Positions 10,898 to 20,991 of a stretch of DNA of 64,000 bases are shown here, one piece after another. A program made the position numbers and the translations under genes. Below the pieces are notes generated by a model that saw nothing but the letters and a program-made list of their open reading frames with translations, was not told where the DNA came from and searched no databases. The DNA is from Rhodothermales bacterium (GTDB lineage Bacteria > Bacteroidota > Rhodothermia > Rhodothermales > Bin80). Each line of letters starts with the position of its first letter. Positions within the stretch are counted from its first letter, which is position 1. The stretch lies in NCBI GenBank assembly GCA_965215475.1, contig OZ244061.1, positions 2,176,619 to 2,240,618 on the forward strand, given 5' to 3'.

Positions 10898-11249
10898 TGG
10901 AGTATTATTGAGTATATGTAGTAGAAGTGAAGCAAATGGCGGACACTAAAATTTACGGACTTATGGGTCAAGGAAGTATATCTTTTTCGGAGTTGAGATC
11001 TGTGCACCGGAAAATCAAGAGGCGAAAAACCCAAATAGCATCAGGAGGTCAGAGAAGAAGATTCAGGAACGTCTGAGTAGAAATATATGCTGAATAATAA
11101 TATAGTACAGGGGTACGGCCCATTTCAAAACCCTTTCTCGAGATATTGGGCAGGGGTTCAAAAAAATAGGTATACGACATCAATTCGTAGTTTAGTTGAA
11201 GGTTTGAGTTGGTTGATTTCAACAGGTGAGATAAAAATCGGGATTTGAC

Positions 11250-13475
11250 ATGCAGGCAACAGATCGGGGGTATGGGTTTGGAACATTACCGGTATTTCTT
11301 GCAGGAATCAGTACAATTCTGGGGGCGATCATGTTCTTGCGCTTCGGGTATGCCGTGGCTCATACAGGCCTTTTAGGGGTTGTCGGGATCATACTTCTTG
11401 GCCATTTGGTGACGATTCCAACGGCCTTGGCGCTGGCAGAGATCGCAACCAATCGAAAAGTGGAAGGCGGGGGAGAATACTTCATTATTTCGCGATCTTT
11501 CGGGACAACAATTGGCGGGGTCATTGGGATTAGCCTGTATTTATCTCAGGCAATCTCTGTTGCGTTTTATATGATCGCATTCGCCGAGGCATTTACTTGG
11601 CTGGAACCGATCTTGGCAGATCAGCTCGGGATGGGATTTGATACACGACTCGTCTCAATTCCTGCATTAGTGATGCTCCTGGCTTTGGTGTTGTCAAAAG
11701 GGGCAGATTTAGGAGTCAAGGTGCTATACGTGGTTGCGGCGATTCTGTTTGGGGCATTGCTCTTGTTCTTTTTGGGGTCTCCATTAGAAGGATTTGATCA
11801 GAATGCAGTCAGTTTGACAGGGAAGATTGTAAGTCCTGATCCATTCATTGTTGTATTTGCCATTGTATTTCCGGCATTTACGGGCATGACGGCGGGGGTA
11901 GGATTGTCAGGAGATTTGCGGAATCCGCGCAAGTCTCTGCCCAGAGGAACGTTATGGGCAACCATTGTGGGAATGGCCGTCTATATCGGAATTGTTTACA
12001 AACTGCATATCAGTGCTCCTCCAGAGTTAATGGCAGAAGATCAGTTGATCATGGCCCAGGTTTCTGTTTGGGGGCCTGCGATTCTGATTGGATTGTGTTG
12101 TGCGACCTTGAGCAGTGCGATTGGATCAGTTTTGGTAGCACCCCGGACTTTACAGGCCCTAGGAGCAGACGGTACGTTGCCGGGCAAAGGTTTGAATACA
12201 TGGTTATCTCATGGAGTGGGCAAGGCAAATGATCCTCGACATGCAACCATGATCACAGGAGTGCTAGCAATGGTGATCGTCTTTGTAGGGAATGTGGATC
12301 TTGTTGCAACCCTGATTTCGATGTTCTTTATGGTGACCTATGGTTCTCTTTGTGCGATCAGTTTCTTGGAGCATTTTGCCGCCCGACCAAGCTACAGACC
12401 AAGCTTTCGATCTCGGTGGTATATCAGCCTTCTCGGAGCCATCATTTGTTTCCTTCTGATGTTCCAGATCAGTTTATTCTTTGCAACCCTTGCGATTCTG
12501 GTTCTGGTGGCTCTGTATCAAGGGTTGCGTATAGGTAAGCGAGGAGAGGGAGATTTAGCCTCACTATTTCAGAACGCAATCACTCAGGCAACCCGCTACA
12601 TGCAAATTCGTCTGCAGCAGCGGCGTGAAGATCAGATCTCTGATGAGTGGCGTCCAAGTGTGATCATGGTGAATGACCGTACCTTTGACCGGCGAAGTCC
12701 ATTGATGATGCTACGTTGGCTATGCCATAGGTATGGCTTTGGGACGTATGTGCATTTTATAAAAGGACGGTTGACGGCTTCTACATTCTCCGAGGGTAAG
12801 CAAGTTAAAGAGCGATTATTGGAGCTTGCAAAAAAAGAGCATAGTGCAGTTTATATGGATACGGTAGTCAGCCCTTCTATTACCTCCGCACTGGCACAAA
12901 CGCTTCAGGTACCGGGGGTATCCGGTATGTCAAACAACTCAATCCTCTTTGAATTTGCACAACGGGATTCTTTGGATGTGGTCAAAGGTGTGGTAGATCA
13001 GTGTAAGTTCGCGGCAAACACGGATATGACCCTGATGGTACTTCGTCATTGTGAGACGAATTTTGGAAGTAAAGATTCAATCCATGTATGGTTAACATGG
13101 AACGACAGAGACAATGCAAACACGATGATTCTTCTGAGTTACATCCTTTTAGGGCATCCAGACTGGGAGAAAGCACAGGTGCAAGTCTTTGCCGCCTTAC
13201 CGGGAGTAGAGGTAGAGCGAACTAGGCAAGAGTTTGCTCAGTTGATTGATGAAGGGAGACTACCGATCTCGGAGAAGAATATTGAATACATGGCGATTGA
13301 GAATATTGAAGCATTCCGCAAGGTGGTTTTCAAAAAATCCTCGGATGCAGATTTAACGGTGATTGGGTTTAACATGAAAGGGCTTGAAGAGCGGGGACCA
13401 GAGGTGTTTACGAACCACACAAAATTGCATGATGTATTGTTTGTGCGAGCTCCGAGGCAGATTAAAATAGATTAG
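11250..13475 (+). CDS. APC-superfamily permease of the cation-chloride cotransporter (SLC12-like) type with a large cytoplasmic C-terminal domain
   Basis: 741 aa, about 12 TM helices (GTLPVFLAGISTILGAIMFLRFGY..., FPAFTGMTAGVGLSGDLRNPRKSLPRG), then a roughly 280-aa soluble tail as in bacterial CCC homologues. Confidence 0.7.
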   Translation: MQATDRGYGFGTLPVFLAGISTILGAIMFLRFGYAVAHTGLLGVVGIILLGHLVTIPTALALAEIATNRKVEGGGEYFIISRSFGTTIGGVIGISLYLSQAISVAFYMIAFAEAFTWLEPILADQLGMGFDTRLVSIPALVMLLALVLSKGADLGVKVLYVVAAILFGALLLFFLGSPLEGFDQNAVSLTGKIVSPDPFIVVFAIVFPAFTGMTAGVGLSGDLRNPRKSLPRGTLWATIVGMAVYIGIVYKLHISAPPELMAEDQLIMAQVSVWGPAILIGLCCATLSSAIGSVLVAPRTLQALGADGTLPGKGLNTWLSHGVGKANDPRHATMITGVLAMVIVFVGNVDLVATLISMFFMVTYGSLCAISFLEHFAARPSYRPSFRSRWYISLLGAIICFLLMFQISLFFATLAILVLVALYQGLRIGKRGEGDLASLFQNAITQATRYMQIRLQQRREDQISDEWRPSVIMVNDRTFDRRSPLMMLRWLCHRYGFGTYVHFIKGRLTASTFSEGKQVKERLLELAKKEHSAVYMDTVVSPSITSALAQTLQVPGVSGMSNNSILFEFAQRDSLDVVKGVVDQCKFAANTDMTLMVLRHCETNFGSKDSIHVWLTWNDRDNANTMILLSYILLGHPDWEKAQVQVFAALPGVEVERTRQEFAQLIDEGRLPISEKNIEYMAIENIEAFRKVVFKKSSDADLTVIGFNMKGLEERGPEVFTNHTKLHDVLFVRAPRQIKID

Positions 13476-13652
13476 ATATTTCTTTGAAGTCAAAGAGTTG
13501 TATTTGACTCAAGAAAACCATATTTGACTGCTCGTTGAAAAGAGTTGATGATTTTCCACGATCAGAAATTGCTGAAACCACAACTATGCGTATCATGCTG
13601 AACCATCATCAAAGACGTCAACCCCAAGCGAAATTCTCTATCCCAACCCTCC

Positions 13653-14483
13653 ATGCATCAGGACATTAACCACCCAAACTCAGCACAGGATCTCACTCCT
13701 ATAGAGGAGATTCAGATCAACCCGAAATCACGGGACGACATTGACCACGCGTTACGAGTTTTGCAAAAGATCGGTTCGACCGACTCAGTACGGGAGAAGG
13801 TATTATCAATGATGAAGAAACATCTGGCTACTGATGGGGGGCAACAGAATGTTGGGCGACCTGAAATGAGTCATTGGCGACAGTTTGTTCTAATCGTGAT
13901 AAAAAATACGCTCAAGTGTGACTACGATCGATTGACAGCACTGGCAAATTCATACATCCAATTACGTCAGATGCTGCAGCACGGAAGCTCAGAAAAGGAT
14001 TATATCTACTCAAGTTCAACCATACAAGGCAACTTGGCCAAGATGCCAGAGGCTCTCATGCATGAGCTTAATCCTGTCGTGACAAAATATGGATTGAAGA
14101 GGTTAATTCCTCCCCCAGAGGGTGCTCGAGGCTTCTCAGGTAGAGGATTGAAGGCAAAAGGACCTCCTTCGGATGTTAGACAGCTTTATGATGCGGTGAT
14201 GCGATCTATAGAGATGGCGTTCAAAGCATCAAAGGTGTATGGTTTCACTGGTTGGCGCCAGTATGACCATTTAAAGGGTTCTCTTGATCGCGCCTACTGG
14301 GAGCTTGGACCGTCAAACAGCTATTCAGGAAAGGTAGAGCATCTAGAAAAGTTTTTGCAGATATGCAGATACAGGATAATAAAATGCGAAAACATTCATG
14401 TTACCATTGCAGAAACGGATCCTGAATCTCCTTGGCTTGTCCGGTTGAGTGAGGCAACCGCAGAGGCAGAGAGGTTTTATGGT
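13653..14483 (+). pseudogene. ISNCY-type transposase N-terminal remnant (277 codons, no stop), in frame with downstream glgA
   Basis: INPKSRDDIDHALRVLQKI...GRPEMSHWRQFVLIVIKNTLKCDYDRLTALANSYIQLRQMLQHG resembles, from memory, the conserved N-terminal block of ISNCY-family transposases (PxSRDDIP..LRGLQ / GRPGM..W..LVLG..RL...DYD.L....N......MLGHG). PPSDVRQLYDAVMRSIE resembles a degraded PTDINLL.DA.RK.I block. The catalytic DDE region is absent. Confidence 0.5.
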
Positions 14484-15683
14484 ATGATAGAACTGGAAAA
14501 AGTAAACGTAACAGTTTTGACGAATGAATATCCACCTAACATTTATGGGGGTGCAGGAGTACATGTAAAGTATCTCGTGAGGGAATTGGCAAAGCATCAT
14601 CGGGTTCAGGTCTATGCTTTCGGGAAACAAAGACGGAGTTCGGATTCACTCAGCGTCAAGGGAATTGTGGGAACCGGGGCTCCCTCAGCCAAGGATTCTC
14701 GGTTGAACAAGCTTTTCAGTACTCTGCACCGCAATCACGCAATGGCTGCTGCGACCGAAGATGCTCAGATTATTCATGGCCATACATGGTATTCACACTG
14801 GGCGGGGATTCTGACAAAGCATCTCACCGGAGGGAAGCTGGTACTGACGACTCATAGCCTAGAACCGCATCGGCCCTGGAAAGAAGAGCAGTTGGGACGT
14901 GCATACCACATGAGCTCTTGGATTGAAAAGATCGCATATCAAGAGGCGGATGCCGTGATTGCGGTGTCACCTCAAATGAAAGAGGATGTTATGTCTCTTT
15001 ATGGAGTCAGTGACAAAAAAGTTCATGTGATCCCCAATGGAATTGATCTGGAAGAGTATCAACCTACGTTTAATGAGGCCGTTCTACAGAGCTATGGGGT
15101 AAATCCAAAGATCCCCTTTGTCCTGTTTGTGGGGAGAATTACCCGGCAAAAGGGAATTATCCATCTTCTGCGCGCAATTGCTCACCTTGATCCAGGGATG
15201 CAAATTGTCTTGGCCGCAGGAGCCCCAGATACACCGGAAATTGAAGAAGAAATGATTCAAGAGGTTGCCAAACTCAAAAAGAATGGCGACCGCCATATAG
15301 TATGGATCCGCGAAATGATGCCCTCCTTCGATTTGATTATACTCTATTCCCATGCCCGGATATTTGTATGTCCATCGGTATATGAACCGTTTGGAATCAT
15401 TAATCTCGAGGCCATGGCATGTGAAACCGCGGTGGTAGCAACGAATACAGGGGGGATTCCTATGGTTGTTGTTGATCAAGAGACAGGGCTATTGGTTGAC
15501 CCCGAGGGAGATGGTTTCGAAGAAAGATTGGCTGAAAGCATCAATCAATTGATGCGGGATCCTGATCGGAGTGAAGCTATGGGGCGTAGGGGGAGAGCAC
15601 GTGTTGAAGCCAGATTCAGTTGGGAGGTAGTTGCGAAACAGACGGTAGCACTATATAAGCGTCTGTTGACAAAAAACCAATAA
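14484..15683 (+). CDS. glgA: GT4-type glycogen synthase (Corynebacterium-family GlgA)
   Basis: From Met278 of the 676-aa ORF: MIELEKVNVTVLTNEYPPNIYGGAGVHVKYLVRELAK..., then FVGRITRQKGI and the EPFGIINLEAMACETAVVATNTGGIP glycosyltransferase C-terminal motif. The 399-aa length fits the family. Confidence 0.82.
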   Translation: MIELEKVNVTVLTNEYPPNIYGGAGVHVKYLVRELAKHHRVQVYAFGKQRRSSDSLSVKGIVGTGAPSAKDSRLNKLFSTLHRNHAMAAATEDAQIIHGHTWYSHWAGILTKHLTGGKLVLTTHSLEPHRPWKEEQLGRAYHMSSWIEKIAYQEADAVIAVSPQMKEDVMSLYGVSDKKVHVIPNGIDLEEYQPTFNEAVLQSYGVNPKIPFVLFVGRITRQKGIIHLLRAIAHLDPGMQIVLAAGAPDTPEIEEEMIQEVAKLKKNGDRHIVWIREMMPSFDLIILYSHARIFVCPSVYEPFGIINLEAMACETAVVATNTGGIPMVVVDQETGLLVDPEGDGFEERLAESINQLMRDPDRSEAMGRRGRARVEARFSWEVVAKQTVALYKRLLTKNQ

Positions 15684-15770
15684 GAAACGGCCCGAATCCA
15701 GCCTTTTTTTCAGGGAAGTTCAGTTCCCTGACAGGAATCGGGTACAGGTTCATCAATTGACGAAGTTTCT

Positions 15771-16715
15771 CTAGAGATCCGCAGGTCGCATGTTGGGTTT
15801 GAATTTGTCTCCAAAACCTGAATTGTTGGGTTCATAAGGGACTGCCGGTTCAGCATTCGCTCCGCCGTCTGGAATCTCGTGGTTTAACGCCCATAGGATC
15901 CCATTCAAGGCAAGCTTACGCATAGACTCATCCTTGAAATCATACGGATGCCCAAGTGTAGTAAAGAATACTCTGGCGGAGACACCACTTTCTCCTGTAT
16001 AGGTCTTCGTCCATGCGACGGGATTCGTAAGTGGATATTGATCCAGACGCCCAGCGTTGGCGTGACTTGATTGCAATGCTGTACCGTGAAGCAGCACGTT
16101 GGTATCGCCAAAAAGCTCCCATTCTCCACCATCTACATGGTAGAGCCATGAAAAAGCGCCAAATCCGGTCACACCACTGAGAATCGGATGTGATTGCATG
16201 TCTTCTGTAATTTCTACACGGGTCAATGGCGCATCACCATCATCAAAATGGCCATGGTGGGTGATCCATTGTTGACCGAAGACACGAGTGGGCCAGTCGT
16301 TGTTCAGGTGCTCTCGTTCCGTGTCATCCTTGTACAGGAATGCATGCGTAGTGGTACGAAAGCCCACCATTGGTTTCCCTGACTCGGCAAACTCCAGAAT
16401 ATAATGTGCTTGTGAGTCGGGAAGTGCACGAAACCGGGTGAAAAGAACCATCATATCTGCATCTTGAAGCCGTTCCAATCCCTCAATATTGTCCAGTACA
16501 TTCGGATCAATGAATCCTTCTTCATTCAAGGCATAGCAGACGCTGACCTCAAACCCATAATCTCTCTTCAAAATCCTGGCCAGCATCGGCATGGATTCCT
16601 CCGAGCGATATTCCTCGTCTCCGGTTACAAAGACAATATGGGGAGGGGAGGATGTCTGTGCTGTGCTAGCTCCCACAAGAAATAATCCGAACAAGACAAG
16701 AAACAGAAATCGCAT
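15771..16715 (-). CDS. ThuA-domain (trehalose-utilisation-like) secreted protein
   Basis: Signal peptide MRFLFLVLFGLFLVGASTAQ, then HIVFVTGDEEYRSEESMPMLARIL and ...FFTTLGHPYDF, typical of ThuA-like class-I glutamine-amidotransferase-fold proteins. The tracked ORF begins 15 codons earlier at a TTG. Confidence 0.7.
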   Translation of the reverse strand: MRFLFLVLFGLFLVGASTAQTSSPPHIVFVTGDEEYRSEESMPMLARILKRDYGFEVSVCYALNEEGFIDPNVLDNIEGLERLQDADMMVLFTRFRALPDSQAHYILEFAESGKPMVGFRTTTHAFLYKDDTEREHLNNDWPTRVFGQQWITHHGHFDDGDAPLTRVEITEDMQSHPILSGVTGFGAFSWLYHVDGGEWELFGDTNVLLHGTALQSSHANAGRLDQYPLTNPVAWTKTYTGESGVSARVFFTTLGHPYDFKDESMRKLALNGILWALNHEIPDGGANAEPAVPYEPNNSGFGDKFKPNMRPADL

Positions 16716-16816
16716 GGTATAAAGGAGATATTTTGGGATAGGGTACGACTTGGAGGCCAAGATAGATAAAGGATCTTACTTATATTAGATCCAAGCACTC
16801 ACAAGCATATGCAACC

Positions 16817-18220
16817 TTGTACAGATTGATCCCCGCATTAGTTCTAATTGCCGCGTGCACGGCTCCGCAAAGTGAGCCAGTCAACATACTGTTATTGTAC
16901 ACGGATGACCAGAGATTTAACATCATTGGTGCCTTAGGGAATCAGGAGATCAGAACGCCGAATATGGACGCACTCGTTCAGCAGGGGATCGCCTTCACCC
17001 ACGCCCATACCATGGGAGGGCTACATGGAGCCCTCTGTGCTCCCAGCCGAGCAATGCTCATGACAGGACGGCCACTTTTTCGATTAGATGGTACGGGAGA
17101 TCATATTCCACCAGAGTATATCATGTTGCCGGAAGTGGCAGCTGAGGCAGGATATGTGACATTTGGTACGGGGAAATGGCATAATGATCGCGGCTCTTTT
17201 GCACGAGCTTTTCAGGCGGGTGAGAACATTTTCATGGGAGGGATGCATATGCCAAATGTAGGGGGACACGAAGCACCCCAGTTACATGAGTATGACTCCA
17301 CAGGCACATACCCTAATACGGCTCGCCGTAACGTTGAAGGCTACTCAAGTATGCTCTATGCGGATGCGGTAATTGATTTTTTAGCACAAGCCGGGGCAGT
17401 GGGCCAGCCATTTTTGGCGTATGTATCTTTCACGTCTCCACATGACCCCAGAACCCCACCTGAACCTTTTGCAAGTTGGTATCATCCAGATTCCATCTCT
17501 CTACCTCCCAATTATTTGCCGGAGCACCCCTTTGATAATGGTGAGTTGGAAGTTCGGGACGAGATGCTTCGGGAGCACCCTCGAACGGAAACGATGATAC
17601 GCGAGGAACTCGCACTTTATTACGGAATGATCAGTGAACTGGATGCTCAAATTGGTCGGATTGTTACTGCACTCGAGGAAAATGGACAACGAGAAAACAC
17701 CCTCATTGTGATGGCAGGAGATAATGGGTTAGCCGTTGGTAGCCATGGACTTCTGGGAAAACAAAATCTATATGAGCACAGCATGCGAGTTCCGCTTATC
17801 ATTGCAGGCCCGGGAATTCCTACAAATGAACGGCGAAGCCAGTTAGTTTACATTTTCGACATTTTCCCAACCATTGCAGACTATCTGGATCTCTCGTTGC
17901 CCCCAACCGTGGAGGGGATCAGTTTGCGACCCATGATGGAGAACCCTGGATTAGTAGGGCGTAATGCGGCATTTTTTGCATATCGTGATCTTCAGCGCGG
18001 TGTACGTACGGCAGATGGATGGAAGCATATACAGCATCAAGTAGATGGAATCCATACTGAGCAGCTCTTTGATCTTAATACCGATCCGTACGAGACGCAA
18101 GACCTGGCAGCAGATTCCATGCATGGAACAAAGCTTTCCGAGATGCGAGAACTGCTCATACAGGAAAGCACTCGATGGTTCGATCCTCTGGATCTGAACG
18201 CTCCCAATTGGGGCCGCTAA
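16817..18220 (+). CDS. sulfatase (formylglycine-dependent, arylsulfatase A family)
   Basis: NILLLYTDDQRFN and the CxPxR formylglycine motif (LCAPSRAMLMTGR), plus GKWH and the C-terminal DPYETQDLA motif. The ORF begins with TTG at 16817. Confidence 0.88.
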   Translation: MYRLIPALVLIAACTAPQSEPVNILLLYTDDQRFNIIGALGNQEIRTPNMDALVQQGIAFTHAHTMGGLHGALCAPSRAMLMTGRPLFRLDGTGDHIPPEYIMLPEVAAEAGYVTFGTGKWHNDRGSFARAFQAGENIFMGGMHMPNVGGHEAPQLHEYDSTGTYPNTARRNVEGYSSMLYADAVIDFLAQAGAVGQPFLAYVSFTSPHDPRTPPEPFASWYHPDSISLPPNYLPEHPFDNGELEVRDEMLREHPRTETMIREELALYYGMISELDAQIGRIVTALEENGQRENTLIVMAGDNGLAVGSHGLLGKQNLYEHSMRVPLIIAGPGIPTNERRSQLVYIFDIFPTIADYLDLSLPPTVEGISLRPMMENPGLVGRNAAFFAYRDLQRGVRTADGWKHIQHQVDGIHTEQLFDLNTDPYETQDLAADSMHGTKLSEMRELLIQESTRWFDPLDLNAPNWGR

Positions 18221-18432
18221 GGGTTGGCGAAAAAAGAATCAATACTTTTATATTTCTAGTGCACCGTGCAAAGGCGCAATAGAAATTGGGTTAGTGTCCA
18301 GCGGATTGACTGTCCCAGTTCACTGGAATACGCAGTCTCTATTCGAGAGGACTGAATCTCTATCCAGAAAATCTTCGAAATAGGCCTGTTCCACCGAAAT
18401 AAAGGAAGAACTTGAACAAAAGCACTACGATT

Positions 18433-19551
18433 TTAGAATCCGTCGGGGGACCAATTCAATTCAAATGGATAACCATAAACGTATGCCTCCCAAGGAGAAG
18501 AGACATACAAATAATCATCATGCAAGGCAAAATCTAAGGGCTCAATATCTTTGGTTTCATTGATAGGAGAAAAGATTATTTTTCTTGCAAGTTTAGAATC
18601 ATTCCCGGATAAATCAAAAATGAAGTTATTAATTCTACGAGTAGTTGCGATTAGGTAATTAGAATCAATGAATTTAATAGTGATGGTGAATACACGCGTA
18701 CCAGGCTCCATCCTAGGATCTGCACCCCCAGGGGGAGCAGCAATAGGATCAAAATTGTCAACATCACTCCCTTCGAATCGAATCGTCTTGAAATGCCGGA
18801 ACTGATTATCATAGATAAACACATACGGGAGTCCCATGTATGCTACGGCAATATATTTACCATTGGGAGAAACCGTGACTAAATTGCCGTTTTCCCCCGT
18901 ACGATCAGCAAGATCCAGAAGAGGAAGTAACTTGAAAAATTCAATTCTAGAGTAAGGGCTAGATACGCTATATGGACAAATTAACCAGTCAATCTCATGA
19001 CACTCCAGAAATACATAACTCGGGGAAACTGAAAATCCACGATGTGTTGCTCTGGCAGAATTAAAGAATGAATTCACATATTCAAAATCTTCTGTAAAAA
19101 TTTGTATGCGCTCTGTATCCTTCACAAATATGTGCGAACCATTGTAATCCATTCCTTGCACATAAGTAAATTCTCCGGGTGCTCTTCCCCCTGAACCAAC
19201 TTTCCGAGTTAAATATCCATCATTTCCAATCGAGAATATATCGTGTCCATAAAGTTCAGAGACATAAATATCATCCTCAACTGCCAACAGATATGCCGGA
19301 GAACCAAGAATCAGTGAATCATTTTGAATTCCTAATCTAGTTGTTGCTACCCATCTCTCAGGTTCAATATCTGTATTTACTACAAGATGAGGGGCAGAAT
19401 CTAATAAACGATCAATGACAGGCGAATCTTCAAGTCGTGTAAATGTCGTTCCTCCATTCTGACATGCAGATAGTAGTACCAACAAAAACAGAATCCCCAC
19501 ATATCTCCGTAAGAAAAATGAAAATGTGCGGAGAACAGAAATGAAATTCAT
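18433..19551 (-). CDS. 6-bladed beta-propeller (NHL/TolB-like) lipoprotein
   Basis: Lipobox LLLSAC. VGSGGRAPGEFTYVQGMDYNGSHIFVKDTERIQIFT resembles the G.GPGEF...D....I..F blade motif of Bacteroidota 6-bladed propeller lipoproteins. The gene is visibly AT-richer than its neighbours. Confidence 0.6.
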   Translation of the reverse strand: MNFISVLRTFSFFLRRYVGILFLLVLLSACQNGGTTFTRLEDSPVIDRLLDSAPHLVVNTDIEPERWVATTRLGIQNDSLILGSPAYLLAVEDDIYVSELYGHDIFSIGNDGYLTRKVGSGGRAPGEFTYVQGMDYNGSHIFVKDTERIQIFTEDFEYVNSFFNSARATHRGFSVSPSYVFLECHEIDWLICPYSVSSPYSRIEFFKLLPLLDLADRTGENGNLVTVSPNGKYIAVAYMGLPYVFIYDNQFRHFKTIRFEGSDVDNFDPIAAPPGGADPRMEPGTRVFTITIKFIDSNYLIATTRRINNFIFDLSGNDSKLARKIIFSPINETKDIEPLDFALHDDYLYVSSPWEAYVYGYPFELNWSPDGF

Positions 19552-19561
19552 CCGAAGCAGA

Positions 19562-19792
19562 TCAATTCATGGTCATTCCGCATACCGAACCTCCATAACC
19601 TCCTGAACCGATATATGTGTGCACATCGTGACCCTCGCACCAAATATGCATGATCCAATCCCCCTCTTTGTCTTCACCTACATAGGTTGTACATTCGTCA
19701 TTCTTGCATACGATAACCTTATCTGCATAGGCAGGTAGTACAGTCCCAATTAAAAGAAAAAGACATAACGCCAACGAAAAGAGATACTTCAT
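19562..19792 (-). CDS. small secreted Cys-containing protein (76 aa; predicted mature about 53 aa)
   Basis: Signal peptide MKYLFSLALCLFLLIGTVLPAYA, then DKVIVCKNDECTTYVGEDKEGDWIMHIWCEGHDVHTYIGSGGYGGSVCGMTMN (4 Cys, Gly-rich tail). It lies 10 nt upstream of the propeller gene on the same strand. Confidence 0.55.
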   Translation of the reverse strand: MKYLFSLALCLFLLIGTVLPAYADKVIVCKNDECTTYVGEDKEGDWIMHIWCEGHDVHTYIGSGGYGGSVCGMTMN

Positions 19793-19940
19793 TTTGACAA
19801 GAAAATTTGGTTGAAAAATTTAAGAACAATCCCAGGATAGGTCCGGGGTGTGTCAATAAAAATGACACAAATTCGATTCATTTTTATTGAATCGGGGCGG
19901 AGTCATTTCAACCGGTTGTAAATTGGTTTAATCCAAGTGT

Positions 19941-20991
19941 TTAGCATTGTTGCCCACTCGGATTTGTGTCATTCGGAGGCTTGTTGATCCATACCTTTCG
20001 GGGTGGTTTCTGGATCTGGGGAGTACCATTGACAAATGGTCCTGGGTTGCGATCGTAGGCCTCTTTCATGACGAGCTGACGTTGCTTCCACACTCGATCC
20101 ACCTCTCGATAATGTACGGTTGTTGGATGCATCAAGGCAATGCCCGAGTGGTAGAATTCGTAGTTGTACCATTGGAAGAAGGATCGTGCCCCGCTTCAAT
20201 GGATCCGAAGCGGGGGGGTGTACCAATGATGATACTTCATGGTTCGGAAGTGCGATTCCGAATACGGATTATCCTTGGATTGATACGGTCGACTATATGA
20301 GCCTTGCACTCCTGGATCTGCAAGTAGACGTACATAGGTTTTCCTGACCATGACGGCACCTCGGTCCGAGTGGATCACCCGTTGGGGTTCATCCATCTGT
20401 TGACGTTCGATCGTGGTGGAGATGAGTTCCTTAGCGATGGTGGCAGACTCATAGGGAACCAGAGTCCCTCCCACGACATAGCGACTGAAGACATCCAGAA
20501 TGACCTACAACTTGAAGTAGATTCCTTTACGGGGGCGTTTCCGTGTGGTGATATCCCAACTCCACAGTTGATTGGGGGCTGTGGCCCGCCATTCAGGTTT
20601 CGCGTAGGATAGATGGATTCTTTGGTTTCTCCAGACGATTGTCCTGTACAATACGATACATGGTCCTCCGGTGACACCAATCCCGTCCTTCCTCTAAGAG
20701 TCTGGCCCAGATCTGACGGGGTGGTAGATCCATAAACCGCTCCGAATTCAACCCATCCAGAATCTCTGCCCGTTTCGTTGAAGGCCATCGGCGTGCATTC
20801 TGGGGGTTCCTGGTATGCACTTTTTGTGCACGTTGGCTCCGGTAATCGGTGGACTTGGATATCCCCACATATTGACAGGCATTCGGAATCCCCATGATTG
20901 CACGTAACTCAAGGATCATCTGGATCTTAGCTAGGCGTCCGTGTGCGGGCTGCTTTCGGAAAACAGCATTGAGATTTTTTTTGAATCTCAA
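19941..20991 (-). pseudogene. IS3 transposase OrfB (integrase core), disrupted
   Basis: Own translation shows pieces in three frames: ...RTMYRIVQDNRL..., PNQLWSWDITT...GIYFKL*VILDVFSRYVVG (in-frame TAG), IHSDRGAVM...SRPYQSKDNPYSESHFRTMKY, then a shift into ...FFQWYNYEFYHSGIALMHPTTVHY. That is at least two frameshifts plus one nonsense codon. Confidence 0.85.

Noticed and set aside
15711-15730. Hairpin cagggaa-gttcag-ttccctg between convergent glgA and the ThuA gene, as a bidirectional terminator.
   Set aside because: The T7 run lies 5' of the stem on the plus strand (an A-run 3' on the minus strand). Neither orientation has the canonical stem followed by a U-tract, and the stem is only 7 bp.
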